A stretch of DNA of 36,717 nt from Catajapyx aquilonaris (Eukaryota): contig JYFJ02003896.1 of NCBI GenBank assembly GCA_000934665.2, positions 1-36,717 of the forward strand, in the 5' to 3' direction. This document shows positions 12,708-24,843 of the stretch, piece after piece. The notes under the pieces are model-generated. The model had not been told where the DNA came from, made no database searches, and saw nothing but the letters and a program-made list of their open reading frames with translations. The position numbers and the translations under genes are program-made. The first letter of the stretch is position 1; each line of letters opens with the position of its first letter.

Positions 12708-15700
12708 ATGGAAGGTGCTCAAGTGTTGGCAGAGTCCCTGAAGCAGCAGGGTATCGAGTATGTGTTTGGCATTGTGGGAATCCCCGTGATTGAGGCAGCC
12801 ATGGCTATGCAGCAGGCTGGGATCAAATTTGTGGCTTTCCGCAATGAGCAGGCTGCCTGCTACGCTGCACAGGCCATGGGGTACTTGACCAGGAAGCCGG
12901 CTGTGTGCCTCGTGGTGTCTGGTCCAGGGATGCTGCATGTCATTGGTGGGATGGCCAATGCACAGGTCAACGCCTGGCCACTTATTGTGATTGGGGGCTC
13001 CTCTGATCAGGACCAGGAAGAGCTGGGGGCATTCCAAGAATACCCACAGGTTTGTCACGATCTGCTATTTAAAATTTCGATTTAGAAATCCACAGGTGTA
13101 CCCAGATGTACTATTGGCACATATTGTTCTGGATACTTACAATACATGTGCAAGTGTCTGCAATAATACCATGCCAATTGTACAGTACAATCCTGTTGTA
13201 AGCACATCTCCACTGCTTGGCTTTTTTTTCAGGGGAGATGAGCAAACTAAGCCTGTGAGGCATGAAATTCATGAGCACATTAATATGCAGCTTTGACATC
13301 TTCAGACCATATAATATATTTGTTGCAGTGCAATAAATAAATAAATATATGACCACCATAAAAATTAAGGATGTACTGCCCATTTCTCTAACGCAAGAGA
13401 CTACTAATACAACAGATATCAGATGGCCTTGCATGGGCTAAATTACTTACAGTTCCAAGTCAGGGAATGAACATGTTTCATCGAGTTTTGCAAGAGAAAA
13501 GAAAATCCACAGAGTACTTACATAAACTGTCACACATCAACTAAAATGTAATACGGACTGCTCAGCGTTGTTGAAATATGTTTGACCACGATTCATCATT
13601 CAATCATTATTAATCACTGCTCTCTTCAGGTTGAATCTGCCCGACTTCACTCCAAGCACACATCTAGACCTCCATCAGTTGATCTAATCCCACTCCACGT
13701 TGAGAAGGCTGTCCGTATGTCTACCTATGGACGACCAGGTGCCTGCTACTTGGACTTCCCAGGAAATATCCTTAACTCCACTGCCAAATCTGACCAAATT
13801 GCTCAAGTTGCACCTGTCCCTCCTCCTCCTCAAGCCCTAGCACACCCTACACTGATAAAAAGGGCATCAGCCCTTATCCGACAAGCAAGACGCCCACTGG
13901 TAATTGTTGGTAAAGGAGCAGCATATGCCCAGGCTGAGAAGTCTGTGCAAGAGATGGTCACAAGATTTGGGCTTCCCTTCCTCCCAACTCCAATGGGCAA
14001 AGGGGTTGTGTCAGATCTTGACCCAAGATGTGTTGCGCCAGCCAGGTCACGCGCTTTGCAAGAGAGTGACCTGGTGGTGCTTCTGGGGGCAAGGCTGAAT
14101 TGGATGCTACATTTTGGAAGGCCTCCACGTTTCAATCCTGACGTGAAGGTGGTGCAAGTGGACATCATGGCAGAGGAACTACACCAGAGCATCCAAGCTC
14201 ATGTTGGGTTGCATGGTGATGTTGGTGCTGTTGTGGAGCAACTCAATCAGGAATTGAGGCAGGATGGCTGGACTTTTCCAGCCAATTCTGACTGGTGGGC
14301 ACGGCTCAAAGAAAAATCCGAACAAAACAGGATCGATAATGATGTGAGTTTGCAATTAAACGAGGATCACACTCATTTGGGCACATTTCAATATTGATAA
14401 TTATATTATTAAAATGGTGGCACTTGTTGTCACACTTTTGTCTCCTTTCTACAATTGCTTCTTCATATAGCAGTGCATTGTATTTATAGGGTTTGGCATC
14501 TGACACATCTGTACCACTGAATTATTACGCTGTGTTCAAGCAAATACAAAGCATGATCCCAAAAGGTAACGTATTTGGGTCCTAACTGCAGTGGAGCATC
14601 GATTATCCAAACAGAGTCTGCCAAGGGGGTGTTCAGGTAACTGATTTTTCGGATAACCAATCATTTACGGGGGAGAAATGTACCGGTGTCATAGGAGCAA
14701 TATGAAACTAAGAAGCAGTGATATTAACCACAAAACTATATTTTCTGTCACAGGCACGTCTTAAAAATACTGTACCTATACCTTACTGTCCTTACATGAA
14801 GTATTCCTACAGTTTGGGGGGGGGGGGGGGGGNGTGTCAATTTTTGCCGACCCGAAAACATTCGGTTAACCGATGGTTCGGTTGATCGGTGTTCGGATAA
14901 TCGATGCTCCGCTGTACTTGCAAAATTGAAATCAATTTGGTGGCATCAAATTCCACCTACGAATTATCTATAGGGCCAGTTTCACCAGGTCAAATTCATC
15001 AAAATCTCAGATCCTTAAGGTTTGAGCTCTGCTTGATGGTAAAAAAACACTGATGGCACCAGACTGGCAAATATAGATTTTTGTATTGAACCTGGGCCTT
15101 AGTCGCACCAACAGCTGGTCGCACTCACCTTGTGTCTAACTCTCCTTCTTCCTACATCAGATGCTATAATTGTAAATGAGGGTGCCAACACAATGGACAT
15201 TGGACGCACCATGTTCCCTAACATCCTTCCCAGACACCGACTGGATGCAGGAACCTTTGGGACCATGGGTGTTGGCTTAGGATATGCCATTGCTGCTGCC
15301 TTGTGGTGTCGGGACAATGCACCAACCAAACGAGTGGTTTGCATACAAGGAGACTCTGCTTTTGGATTTGGTGGCATGGAAATGGAAACTGTTTTCAGGT
15401 TAGTCTTAAATTCACTTTGGTATTTTTTGAGGCTCTCGTAATGACTAACATGATTTCCAAACGTATAGATACCAGCTTCCAATCATTGTCATAATAATCA
15501 ACAACAACGGCATCTACAGTGGATTTGACGAGGAGTCTTTCAAGTCACTGAGGGAAGGACAAGACTTGCCCACTGTGTAAGTTGCATTTAGGTGGAACAG
15601 AACTGTCACTGGTACTTGGCTTAAAATCATTACACAAGAAGGAAACTAATATCAATGAAAAACTATTTTCCTGAGAAGTCCTCCAGTGACATTCCTTCCC

Positions 15701-16026
15701 AACCTGTGCTTAATGTGCTTCATAATCATAATTGCTTATAAATACTCAGGACACTTCCCACTTCACTGAGCCCCAACTGTCACTATGAGAACATGATGCA
15801 GATGTTTGGCAAGCAAGGTCACTTCTGCACCACAACTGACCAAATAAAAAAGGCTGTCTATGTTGCAATGAGGGTGAGTCTGCCATATTTTATCCAACAA
15901 CTAGGCAGTAACATTTGTCTTCTTACACAGGAGAATGACTCCCCTTCAATGATAAATGTGATGATCAGCCCATTTGCTGTCCGCAAGCCCCAGCAGTTTG
16001 AGTGGCTTACACGCTCCAAGATATGA
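12708..16026 (+). CDS. HACL1: 2-hydroxyacyl-CoA lyase 1 (TPP-dependent, peroxisomal); join(12708..13049,13630..14343,14490..14565,15161..15398,15469..15576,15750..15873,15931..16026), 565 aa
   Basis: All six introns are GT-AG with matching phases (0,0,1,2,2,0). Motifs match HACL1 as I recall it: [95 protein letters not shown] motif GDSAFGF...NNNGIY. C-terminus WLTRSKI is PTS1-like. AATAAA at 16259..16264. Confidence 0.97.
14589..14914. mobile_element. pogo/Tigger-like MITE in HACL1 intron 3
   Basis: TIR CAGTGGAGCATCGATTATCCAAAC vs reverse complement of GTTCGGATAATCGATGCTCCGCTG matches 22/24. Right flank TA, left flank TG. Subterminal TTCGG(A/T)T(A/G)A repeats. Contains a poly-G run with an N. 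Confidence 0.75.
14973..15098. mobile_element. Degenerate Harbinger-like MITE in HACL1 intron 3
   Basis: Left end GGGCCAGTTTCACCA (same type as the right end of the 32123..32263 element). Right end TTGAACCTGGGCC, reverse complement GGCCCAGGTTCAA. Confidence 0.4.
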
Positions 16027-16441
16027 TTTGTTATTTCTTGAGACTACAATTATTTGGTGCTATGGTGTTTGGGTTGGGGACTGAAATCATTACATGGGTG
16101 GCAGGATCAATGCGGATCAAATAATGGAATGCCATTTAGAGGTGAAAACCATTCTATCAATGAAAACTGGTGGTATTCTGAACTTGGCATGCTTGCCAGT
16201 TCTTTTATTCCAATGTATGCTCAAATGACATTTATGAATTTTGTCCATTTTTTATATGAATAAATATTCAAGTGAAAGGCTGAATGACATATGTATGAAA
16301 ATAAGATTGCTAACCAGAAGGATGCATCTTAGCTGACAATAAGGCACTTGTCATATCTTACATTTTAACATGTTGTCTTTGAGATTATGCACATAGAAAA
16401 AGAGGGGATCATCCATAAGTACGTATCACTAGTAGGGAGTA

Positions 16442-16614
16442 CAGTGTTGCACATTAATCGAGGCATACTGCTAGCGACATTTTCCGAGGCGGCAGAGGAA
16501 GGAATCTTGCTCGCCCGGCTGGCAGTATCCTTATCTCCGATTCCTTCTTCTGCTGATTCGGAAAATGTCGCTAGCCACCAGTGCCTCGAATGGCTCGATT
16601 AATGTCCAACACTG
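16442..16614. mobile_element. Tc1/mariner-type MITE (173 bp, fold-back) in the SRBD1 3' UTR
   Basis: TIR CAGTGTTGCACATTAATCGAG (16442..16462) vs 16594..16614 matches 20/21. TA on both flanks (16440..16441, 16615..16616). Inner inverted blocks 16470..16487 / 16558..16575 (18/18) and 16492..16506 / 16539..16553 (14/15). Confidence 0.85.
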
Positions 16615-16650
16615 TACTTTATGGATGACCCAAACAGGAACAAACAACCT

Positions 16651-19600
16651 TTACTCGCTTTCCACCTCACGTAGCATCAGTGCTATTCTGCCTCTGGAGA
16701 TGTCAACTGAGACAACTTCAACCTTGACCCTGTTGCCCAGCTGCAGCCTATGTCCTCGCATCTTACTTGAGTGGACCAATCCAGCACGACCTACTCCAAT
16801 GTCCACAAATGCTCCGAAGTGGGTCACATTTGTCACTTTCCCTACACAATGAAAAGCTGTAAAATGCCGATCAGGTACAAGCTACTTGTAACTCTTACCT
16901 GTGAGAACAACCCCTGGCTGAAGGTCCTCCATTCGCATAACTTCTTTATGGAAGAGTGGCTTATCAAATGCAGCTCTTATATCATAGTCCAGGCTCTGCT
17001 GCAGACCATCCACTATCAGCTGTATTGTCGGCTCTCCTATTCCATACTTCTCTGCCAGCTTGGCGACCGCTGAAAAAAAGAAGAGTGCTTGAGTATAACA
17101 TAACTTTACCTTAACAAAGTCCTCCAAGTAAATGGCAACTAGCTAAACATTCTGCATGAGCCATTGATGTGAGTGAGGTAGATCCCTTACCATTACCCGG
17201 CCCATAGTAGGAAACATTGTGGCCAGTGATATTACAGGCCATCTCCATCGGAACTTACATATTTCTGAAGGATGTTGTTATTGTTATTTCGCTTCTTAAA
17301 ATTCAGTCTCGAGAGTCAGATTGTTTAGCGAAAATCATTCACTTCAGACACCTTGTAATTTGTAGGTACTGTATAAAGGTAAATCAATGTCGCCATGCAT
17401 TTTATTTAAAGCAGAACACGACATGGCAAGTAAAAATCTGCATAAGTAAGTGCAGCAAAATGTCTCTAAAAGCCTGTTTCCACAGCACAATTTTTTCCCT
17501 GCACAAAATTGTCCATTTTCAATTCTTGTACAAAAAGCAACTTTGGACAGCGTAATTCCAAAAGATGTTCCAACTGGCCAATTCATTAACCATTTTTCAG
17601 TGCTGCCAGACAATTTTCAGTGTATGCTTTGCAGCTATGAAATTACCAAATTTAGCAAGGAAAGTGCACACATAACATGCAGGACATGAATCTATGTTCA
17701 GTTTATTAAATTTACTTGTCATTAAAGGGACACTCCACTCAAAATACAAGTTGGCCTCTAAAAATCAGGCAAAAAATCCTCATTCCGGTGATACCATTGG
17801 TTTTTTTCTACGGCGAATGGTAATCCGAGAAATAAAGGTCAAAGTAGGCCGGCTGCTATCCCCCTCCCCCTCCAGTCCAGCCCACACCTCCCCCGGCCAC
17901 CTGGCAGCTGCCTGAGGAAGTTGGATGCGGATCACCCGCAGGTTTGAAATGCAGTTCGGTCGGATATTTCTGGCTGCTGCCAATGCATATGTTGTCACAG
18001 AGGACCGAGGTGTTACTTTTCGGACCTTGCCTTTGCCTTCTCGGAATCAGGATTTTTTTGCCTGATTTTTAGAGACCAACTTGTATTTTGCTTGGAGTGT
18101 CCCTTAACTTCAGGGTCCGAAATTCACTTGGCACTGTGCACTGTGGTCATCTGGCATCCAGAATTCGACAAAAACAATTTGGGACACTTTCAAAATATTG
18201 GAATATTTAGTGTCACTTCCTTTGTACTTTTTCCAAAATTTTAGATGGTCCCCATATTTTGTGCCAGTGGATTAAGCGGAAACTTTTCCAATGCTAGATT
18301 TTTGTTTCCTCCTGAAGGATTTCCAGCTTCTTTTTAAATTATATATTACATATTACATGAACGAAACCTGCTCAGTAAGGAAATTGTGCGGAACAGAGTG
18401 ACTCACATGTAGTTTTCATGAACCGATGAACTGAAGTAATGAAAGGCTGCGTTCCAATCTCATCAGCATTTCCTTTGAATTCAGATATGAATCTGAAAGA
18501 AGCAAAACAACACCAATTACACACCAACTCATTACTATGATTAATGCAAGCATACCTTTTAGCGTGCTCGTACGATTCAGGGTGAATGCAAGTGCGATCT
18601 AGTGGTTGCAGTTTTGCAGCAAGTTTTTTCTTGTCATTAGTGACACTAGCTGATGAGCTGAAAATAATTTTTAAAATACGTCACGGTTAAGCACAATAAA
18701 GATTATTGACATTGCAAGAAGTTCGCTGCTCCTCATCACCAAATGAGTTTGAGGAAAATTAATCTGGGCTTTGAAGGTGGTATTGTTTCCTAATAATCAT
18801 GACAAATAAAACTAATAAATACAAGTGCCATGATTAGTGTGTCATTGGCACTTTGCTTGCTCTTCTGAATTCCCATGAAGCTGGAGAGACCAAAACTCCC
18901 CAACAAGAAGCCAAAGGTTGAAAAAAAAACTGAAAATTTTAATTCATGCATTTAAATATTACCTGCTACACCTCTTCGTCTCCCCACTTCATTCTACATG
19001 CATGCTTATGCTTTTAATTAAATGTACAAATCATGGAGATTAGGAATACAGAAAAGGACCAAAAAACTCACCTGCTTGAACTAGTTTCAGGCAAGATGCG
19101 AACAAAGCCAGCACACTGCTGCATTGTCTTGGGGCCTATCCCCTTGACTTGGCTGAGCTGCTCCCGATTTATGAAAGGACCATTCTTACTTCGCCAGTCT
19201 ATGATACTCTTCGCCCGGGATGTGTTCAGACCTGCCACTCTCCTGCATTAAAGGATACCAAAATTTATTCTTTCCCATTCATGCTTAATATGCACACAGA
19301 CATTCAATATTTGCAACAACCTACCGCAACATATACTCAGAGGCCACATTGATGTCAACTCCAACAAAGCTGACACTCTCAGACACAACTTCATCTAGAG
19401 AAGACTTGAGCATCTTCTCTGGCATATCATGCTGGTACATGCCAACCCCAAGGTGCTTGGGCTCAATCTTCACATACTCCAGAAGGGGGTCTTGCAGACG
19501 TCTAGCAATCGACACAGCACTGACAACATTGGCATCCCATCCTGGAAACTCTTGCTTTGCTTCCTCAGAGCACGAGTAGATCGATGCTGCCTGCTCACTT

Positions 19601-22600
19601 ACAATGGTATACGAAACATCCAGGGGACTGAAAAATCCTTCTTGAATTAGTTGGGTCAGGTACAGTTCAGTCTGTCTGCAGGCAGTGCCATTTCCCAATG
19701 CAATAGTCTCACATCCATGCTTCTGCATCAAATCCCGGAGCAGGTTTTTGTGACTGTTAGCTGAACTTCCTTTGCCACAGTGTGGGTTGATGACGTCAGT
19801 GTCCAGAACTTCTCCAGAGCCAGACACAATTGCTAACTTGCATCCATGCTTAAAGCCAGGGTCAATTCCTAACACCACCTTCCCTCTGATAGGAGGTGTC
19901 AGTAGCAGTTTCTTCAAGTTTGAGCCAAAGACATCGACTGATGCCTTCTGGGCAGTGTGGGTCAATTGGGAGCGGATCTGTCTCACCATGAAAGGTAGGA
20001 CTGCAAATGAGAAAAGTGCATGTCAGTTCTGATAACAGCATCATAGCACACACACACACAACACGCCTTGACACACTAACACACTCCACTGAACACCCCT
20101 AATTAACTGACATTCAAATGCATGCAAATGAGCATTATTGTAGGCAAAATAAAACTAGTTCAAGCAAAGTTTGCCTGACATTAAGATTGCTTCTAACATT
20201 TCTCATTGACATACCACACACCAAATAGAATGTGCGCTCCCATTGTCTAGACTTGACATTACATATCCTCGTAAATTACCCAAACATATTTGCTTTTCAG
20301 TAAGAAATTAGTGTAGTAGTAAATGTTTCGTTCAATGAGAGCAATCAGCTTGTACCTAACTCCCAGTTAAATGGTGAAACCACAGTGGGTTAAAAATACA
20401 GCCCAAAGATGTACAAGTACGAAAACAGGCCAGACGAGGCCTGTGTTGTTGGACATCTCAATGTAATATTCTAAGGGCCATTGTGCATATGAACTCTCTG
20501 GTTTTGCTCTGACACAAAATGTACCAGGAGGCATGAAGATGGCCACTGATCCTGAATTATGACCTCGAGTCCTTCCTTCCTCTAATAACATGGCAACATT
20601 TATTGATATAAAGTGCTCCCAGCTTGTCCAAAATGCTTCCCATAATAAATAATAATAATAATAATAATAAATGCTTCAAAAGAATTAGTCTTTTGGTACA
20701 CTCTCTAGAAGTCAAAGGGCATACTCAGCCTCTTGTAAGCATCATGAATGGCTGCAGAAATGATCTCGTTTCCAGACTCCAGCACATTTGGACCCATGCA
20801 CCACTTTTGATGGCAAAAGGTTGTGAAACTGAGGGAAGTGCGCTCAGACAACACCACCTTCACATTCAGGGCCTTCAGGCTTTCCCCCCGATTGATGGCC
20901 AAAACCTGCAGAAAAATATGGTGTACCAATGAAACTGTGTGAACCACTTACAAGGAATCTCCCACCAACCTGGTGAGGTTGGAGTCTCCTAATTGACCCA
21001 GAGAAATTATAGTAAAGCTCAAACTTGTGAAACTGCTTGTCACTGGAATCCTTAGCATCCTCCTGTTTAGCAATCTTCGACTTCGTTGACTCCATCTTGA
21101 TTTCATGATGACTCATGCTAGTTTTCAAAGTACACAAAGCAGAATACATTGCATAATTTCAGGCAAAATATATGTTGGTGCAGCACTTCAAATATGAAAG
21201 ATTCAATATTGCTCCCAGCACATGAAACATATATGATTAAAATCAAGTTGGTCATATGAGCCAAATCAATTACAGCCAACACTAATAATTACTGAATATA
21301 CACACTACGATTGGTTACATGCCTCACATTAGCAATGGTGGTACAGTTAATAATATCACCTGCCTCTACGTGACATCCACTACTCCATCTACTCAACATA
21401 CAGCATAGTACTTGGTCATGCACCACATTGGGTCTTTCCCACCAAAGCCGATAATTGCAATCCCAAATAAAAGAGTAGCATTAGTTTGAAAGTACTCCCA
21501 ATGAAAAGATCAGATTCAAATCCAAAAGTATTAGCAGCAAAAATCAGTTGATCATCTTATAATTGATGGGCTCGGGAGTAAACAATGGTAAGGGTATGGG
21601 TTTTACATATCCCTTACTCCCGAGCCCTTCAATTATTGGATCATGTACAATATCTACTTGGCCAACAACTGTGGAGAAGGAGTGAAAGGAGCTACAAATC
21701 TGCATTTTTTTTTTGCTCCCATCAATGCGCACTTTTAAGTTTTTAGCTACAAAGTTTTAATTTCTGACTGTCAGTGTTTTCCTATAAACTGATTGCTTAA
21801 AGTAAGAGTTTTACAGGTTTTACTTGGAAAGATGTCCAGTGCGATATTTGATTCTTTGTTCATGTGAGCCAACCTTCTGAACAAGTAGGGGGAGTGGAAA
21901 TGGGATGAAATTGGGATCACCTTGACCTTGGACTCCTGTGATCTGTGGCAAGGTCTTATAATACTCAGGTTTGGTCACTCCCCTTCTCATTGTGTTCATG
22001 GGATCGATGGGGTGGCCATGGCAGCCCGGATAAGGGAAGTGGCTGCTGCAGCACTTTCTGTGACGCCTTGCAAAGCTCCTTTGCATTTAATAGAGAACAC
22101 GGTAGATTTCTACCATGTCTTCTATTATATGCATCTTTGCCCTCTAGGTTCACACCAAGTGCTGCAGCAGCCACTTCCCTTATCAGTGCTCCCTTGGCCA
22201 TCCTGTCGACATCCTGAATGGGGACTTATATAGAACTGGGGTATGAGAGGCAGCAGGCTGATCTGTGGTTTGATCAGTTTTGGTGGGAATGGACCTTTAG
22301 ATAGCAATAAACTCACAGAGAATGTGTGTATTCAAGAACATCCTTGTCCTTGCTTATGACCTCGGCAATGATGTGCTGAATAGAAGTCTTCACATCCTCT
22401 ACATTTGACTTGCCTTCCATGTTGGCATCTACCAAACTGTTCATGTTGATCTCCCACGAATGGTTGAGAACAGCCGTAGCAGCAGGTTCCAGACCCAGCT
22501 TCCTGGCCCTCTCTGCCAGAGTACCCTTTGCTGATGGTTTGTATGGTGCATACTGTGGGAATTAGATTTACTTGTCAGTAATTGACATTATACATTGGAG

Positions 22601-23650
22601 AGAACTAAAACACTGCTGGTTAATTTAATGATTAATTTATATGCCTTTGAAAGTGTTTTTATCTGACATAATGAACTCTCCAATGTAACTCATGAACATA
22701 ACCATCTCCATCTTTCCATGCCTCAATAAATGTGATGTACAATAAAAGAGAATATGATTTACATTATCCAGTGTCATTTTTCAAGTGAGAGATTAGGCAA
22801 TGACATTTTCTGAACCTCCCCACTACTGAGAAACTCGAGGTATAATTTTTTAAAATGCAAACCACAAAAACTCAAACTCACCAAATGGTCTACTTCAGTC
22901 ACACTCTTGGCACAAAGGATAGACTTCCTGAAGTCTGGGGTCAACTTTCCCTGTTTGTTCACCACATTTAACACAGTGCTGGCCTTCTTTTGCACCTGCC
23001 TTAATGTGTAAAGTAATGGTGTCAATAAGGTGAATTAGACAGTGTTTTTTGAGACACTTACTTAAGAGAATCAAAGGTTTCCTTAATTTCTCGGATCTTC
23101 TCGGGTTCCATGTTCCCAGTCATCTCCTTGCGGTACCGAGCAATAAACGGAATCGTGTTATCCTCCTCAAACAGATTCTTCAGATTGCGGGCCACTCCAA
23201 CAGGGATGTCCTGCGAGTCGGCCAGCACCGATTCCATCAGCCATTCCATCTCAATCTGTAGCAAAATATACCTTGTATCACACAACAAGCAGGAACTATC
23301 CCAGACAGCTTCATTATATTCCACTTGTGCTAGCACAATTTTTAAAAATTCAAATACTTTACCACCACACAGTCATCATCATCGTCGTCCTCTGCCAATT
23401 TACCACTGGAACTTGGCCCTTCTTCCACTTCCATAGGCTCTTTTTTGACCTGAAGCTCTTTTTTGATCCGAGTACGACGTACAGCCGTTTCCCTCTGACC
23501 TTTCCCACGTCCCTTACTTTGGGTTTTGGCCAGTCTCTCTGGTGAGTCTACTTCCATCTTCACCTTCTTGATGTCAGGTGGTTCGTCCATGTCCACATCC
23601 ATTGGAGATGCAGCACGCTTTGCACCTCTCCTGCTCCTAGACTGGCTCAT
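16651..23650 (-). CDS. SRBD1: S1 RNA-binding domain-containing protein 1 (Tex-like); complement(join(16651..16841,16899..17069,18407..18492,18556..18657,19072..19242,19325..20000,20725..20905,20970..21117,22317..22552,22882..22999,23062..23255,23363..23650)), 853 aa
   Basis: 12 exons with GT-AG junctions and consistent phases (total 2562 nt). Tex N-terminal [17 protein letters not shown]...[23 protein letters not shown]; YqgF/RNase H-like [65 protein letters not shown]; Hh[21 protein letters not shown]-terminal S1 [24 protein letters not shown]. Confidence 0.95.
17726..18104. mobile_element. Kolobok/T2-type MITE in SRBD1 intron 10
   Basis: About 62-bp TIRs (17726..17787 vs 18042..18104) starting AGGGACACTCCA with few mismatches. 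TTAA flanks at 17722..17725 and 18104..18107 (one T shared). TTAA target plus AGG...CCT ends is the Kolobok/T2 signature. Confidence 0.8.
21559..21636. repeat. 78-nt hairpin in SRBD1 intron 4
   Basis: Arms 21559..21581 / 21614..21636 match 22/23, plus an inner GGGTATG/CATATCCC stem. Confidence 0.8.
22004..22209. repeat. About 205-bp imperfect palindrome in SRBD1 intron 4
   Basis: Perfect 28-bp inverted block 22029..22056 / 22157..22184. Further pairing TGCAT.TAATAGA..ACA.GGTAGA / TCTACC.TGT..TCTATTA.ATGCA around the centre 22107..22108, and TCGA..GG.TGGCCA outer arms. Confidence 0.9.
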
Positions 23651-23935
23651 CTTTGACTCACAGCACTTTCCTAGATGAAACAATTATGCTTCACTACACT
23701 ACTTTCTCTTGCCTCTGACATTGAACATTAAATAGTCAGGGAGAAGATGGTGGCTGAGCGTAATCAACTCTATGAGAGGCTGATGATTCCCACAGTGATG
23801 AGGATTAATGTACTGATTGTACTCCATATCTTTGTATGGGGGGGGATCGGAAATGTAAGGCAGAGGCCCAAAATAATTCAACAGGCTGTGACATCCAGAT
23901 ATGCAGATGCCTTAAAATGTAACTTTTCTCAATAA

Positions 23936-24181
23936 TGCCCGATCAGACTTTTAGGACCCTAAAGAATTAAAATGCATTAAAATGATAATTACAATAAACT
24001 TTCGCCAATTTCTAAAAGTATATAACAGGAAGTGATGTTTATTTTGAATTAGCCATCATTTTAGGCATTGTTCAAAGCATGATTGTATAGTCAATATATT
24101 GAAAAGTATTATACAAAAATTAATAAAAATTAAAATATGGATGGGGTCCTAAAAGACCCCATGGCACGGTTCCAGGGTTAA
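23936..24181. mobile_element. Degenerate piggyBac-like non-autonomous element in the presumed SRBD1 5' UTR intron
   Basis: Right end GGGGTCCTAAAAGACCCC...CCAGGG followed by TTAA (24178..24181). Left side keeps the inverted 12-mer CTTTTAGGACCC but has no TTAA-CCCT end. Interior is AT-rich. Confidence 0.4.
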
Positions 24182-24519
24182 TCTTAACATTCATGAAGTC
24201 ATGACAAAGTGGTAAGCTTGCCTACAGTTAATGCAACACCTGTATTCAGTCTAAACTTGGGTTTAATGGCAGGTGGTCCATTAAACTGAAGAGTACAGCT
24301 TGTGGCTGCTTGTACAAGTTCATTGAAAAAGAATGCCTGGATTATAAAACCCTGTAACTTGAAAACTTGTATTAAACACATTGCAATGACATAAGTCTTG
24401 AAGTGCAACAAGAGTATGTTTTGATGGGCGCAAGCTCGACTCCAGTTAAATGGTGAGCTCAAAATAAAAATGAAGAATAAAATAAAAAATAAAACATACT
24501 GCAGCAGAGCAGCCGCCAG

Positions 24520-24843
24520 CCCGCACTCACTTTTTCAGAACCCGCCCAAAATCCCGGTTGTGAATTTCATTGTGTTCCTCCGATCCCCAAACTCACCCTT
24601 ACGGCCTTGCTTCAACAGCCTGATGATATCTCTCTACACGCGGATCTTCGTCCTACAGGCCGGCATCGCCATATTGGATCATCTGTGTTCCATTCCAGCT
24701 GCTACGCTATTCCGTGCGACCGACCGGTTATATAACTATTATTTTGACGCAAATAGTAGCTACAATTTGTAGCCTACAAAGTGGCCAAGACTCAAGTCAA
24801 CTTGGAGTACAGTTGTACGTACGTACCCTGCACGTACCCTGTA
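24520..24843. promoter_or_regulatory. Putative bidirectional promoter / first non-coding exon shared region of SRBD1 (-) and SCLY (+)
   Basis: Locally CpG-rich. Minus-strand GTGAGT donors near 24596 and 24530 can splice to the acceptor catctag| at 23671, 20 nt before the SRBD1 ATG. The SCLY ATG is at 24844. Confidence 0.6.

Noticed and set aside
836..14835. Poly-C/poly-G runs containing a single N (840, 2473, 14833) as biological repeats or G-quadruplex elements
   Set aside because: An N inside each homopolymer indicates assembly joins, so true run lengths are unknown.
18111..18285. hAT-like element starting CAGGGTCCGAAATT
   Set aside because: Only a partial inverted match (CACT.GGCAC) at the other end and no 8-bp target duplication.
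16651..23650. Horizontal transfer of a bacterial Tex gene
   Set aside because: Eleven canonical spliceosomal introns, and SRBD1 is an established eukaryotic family.
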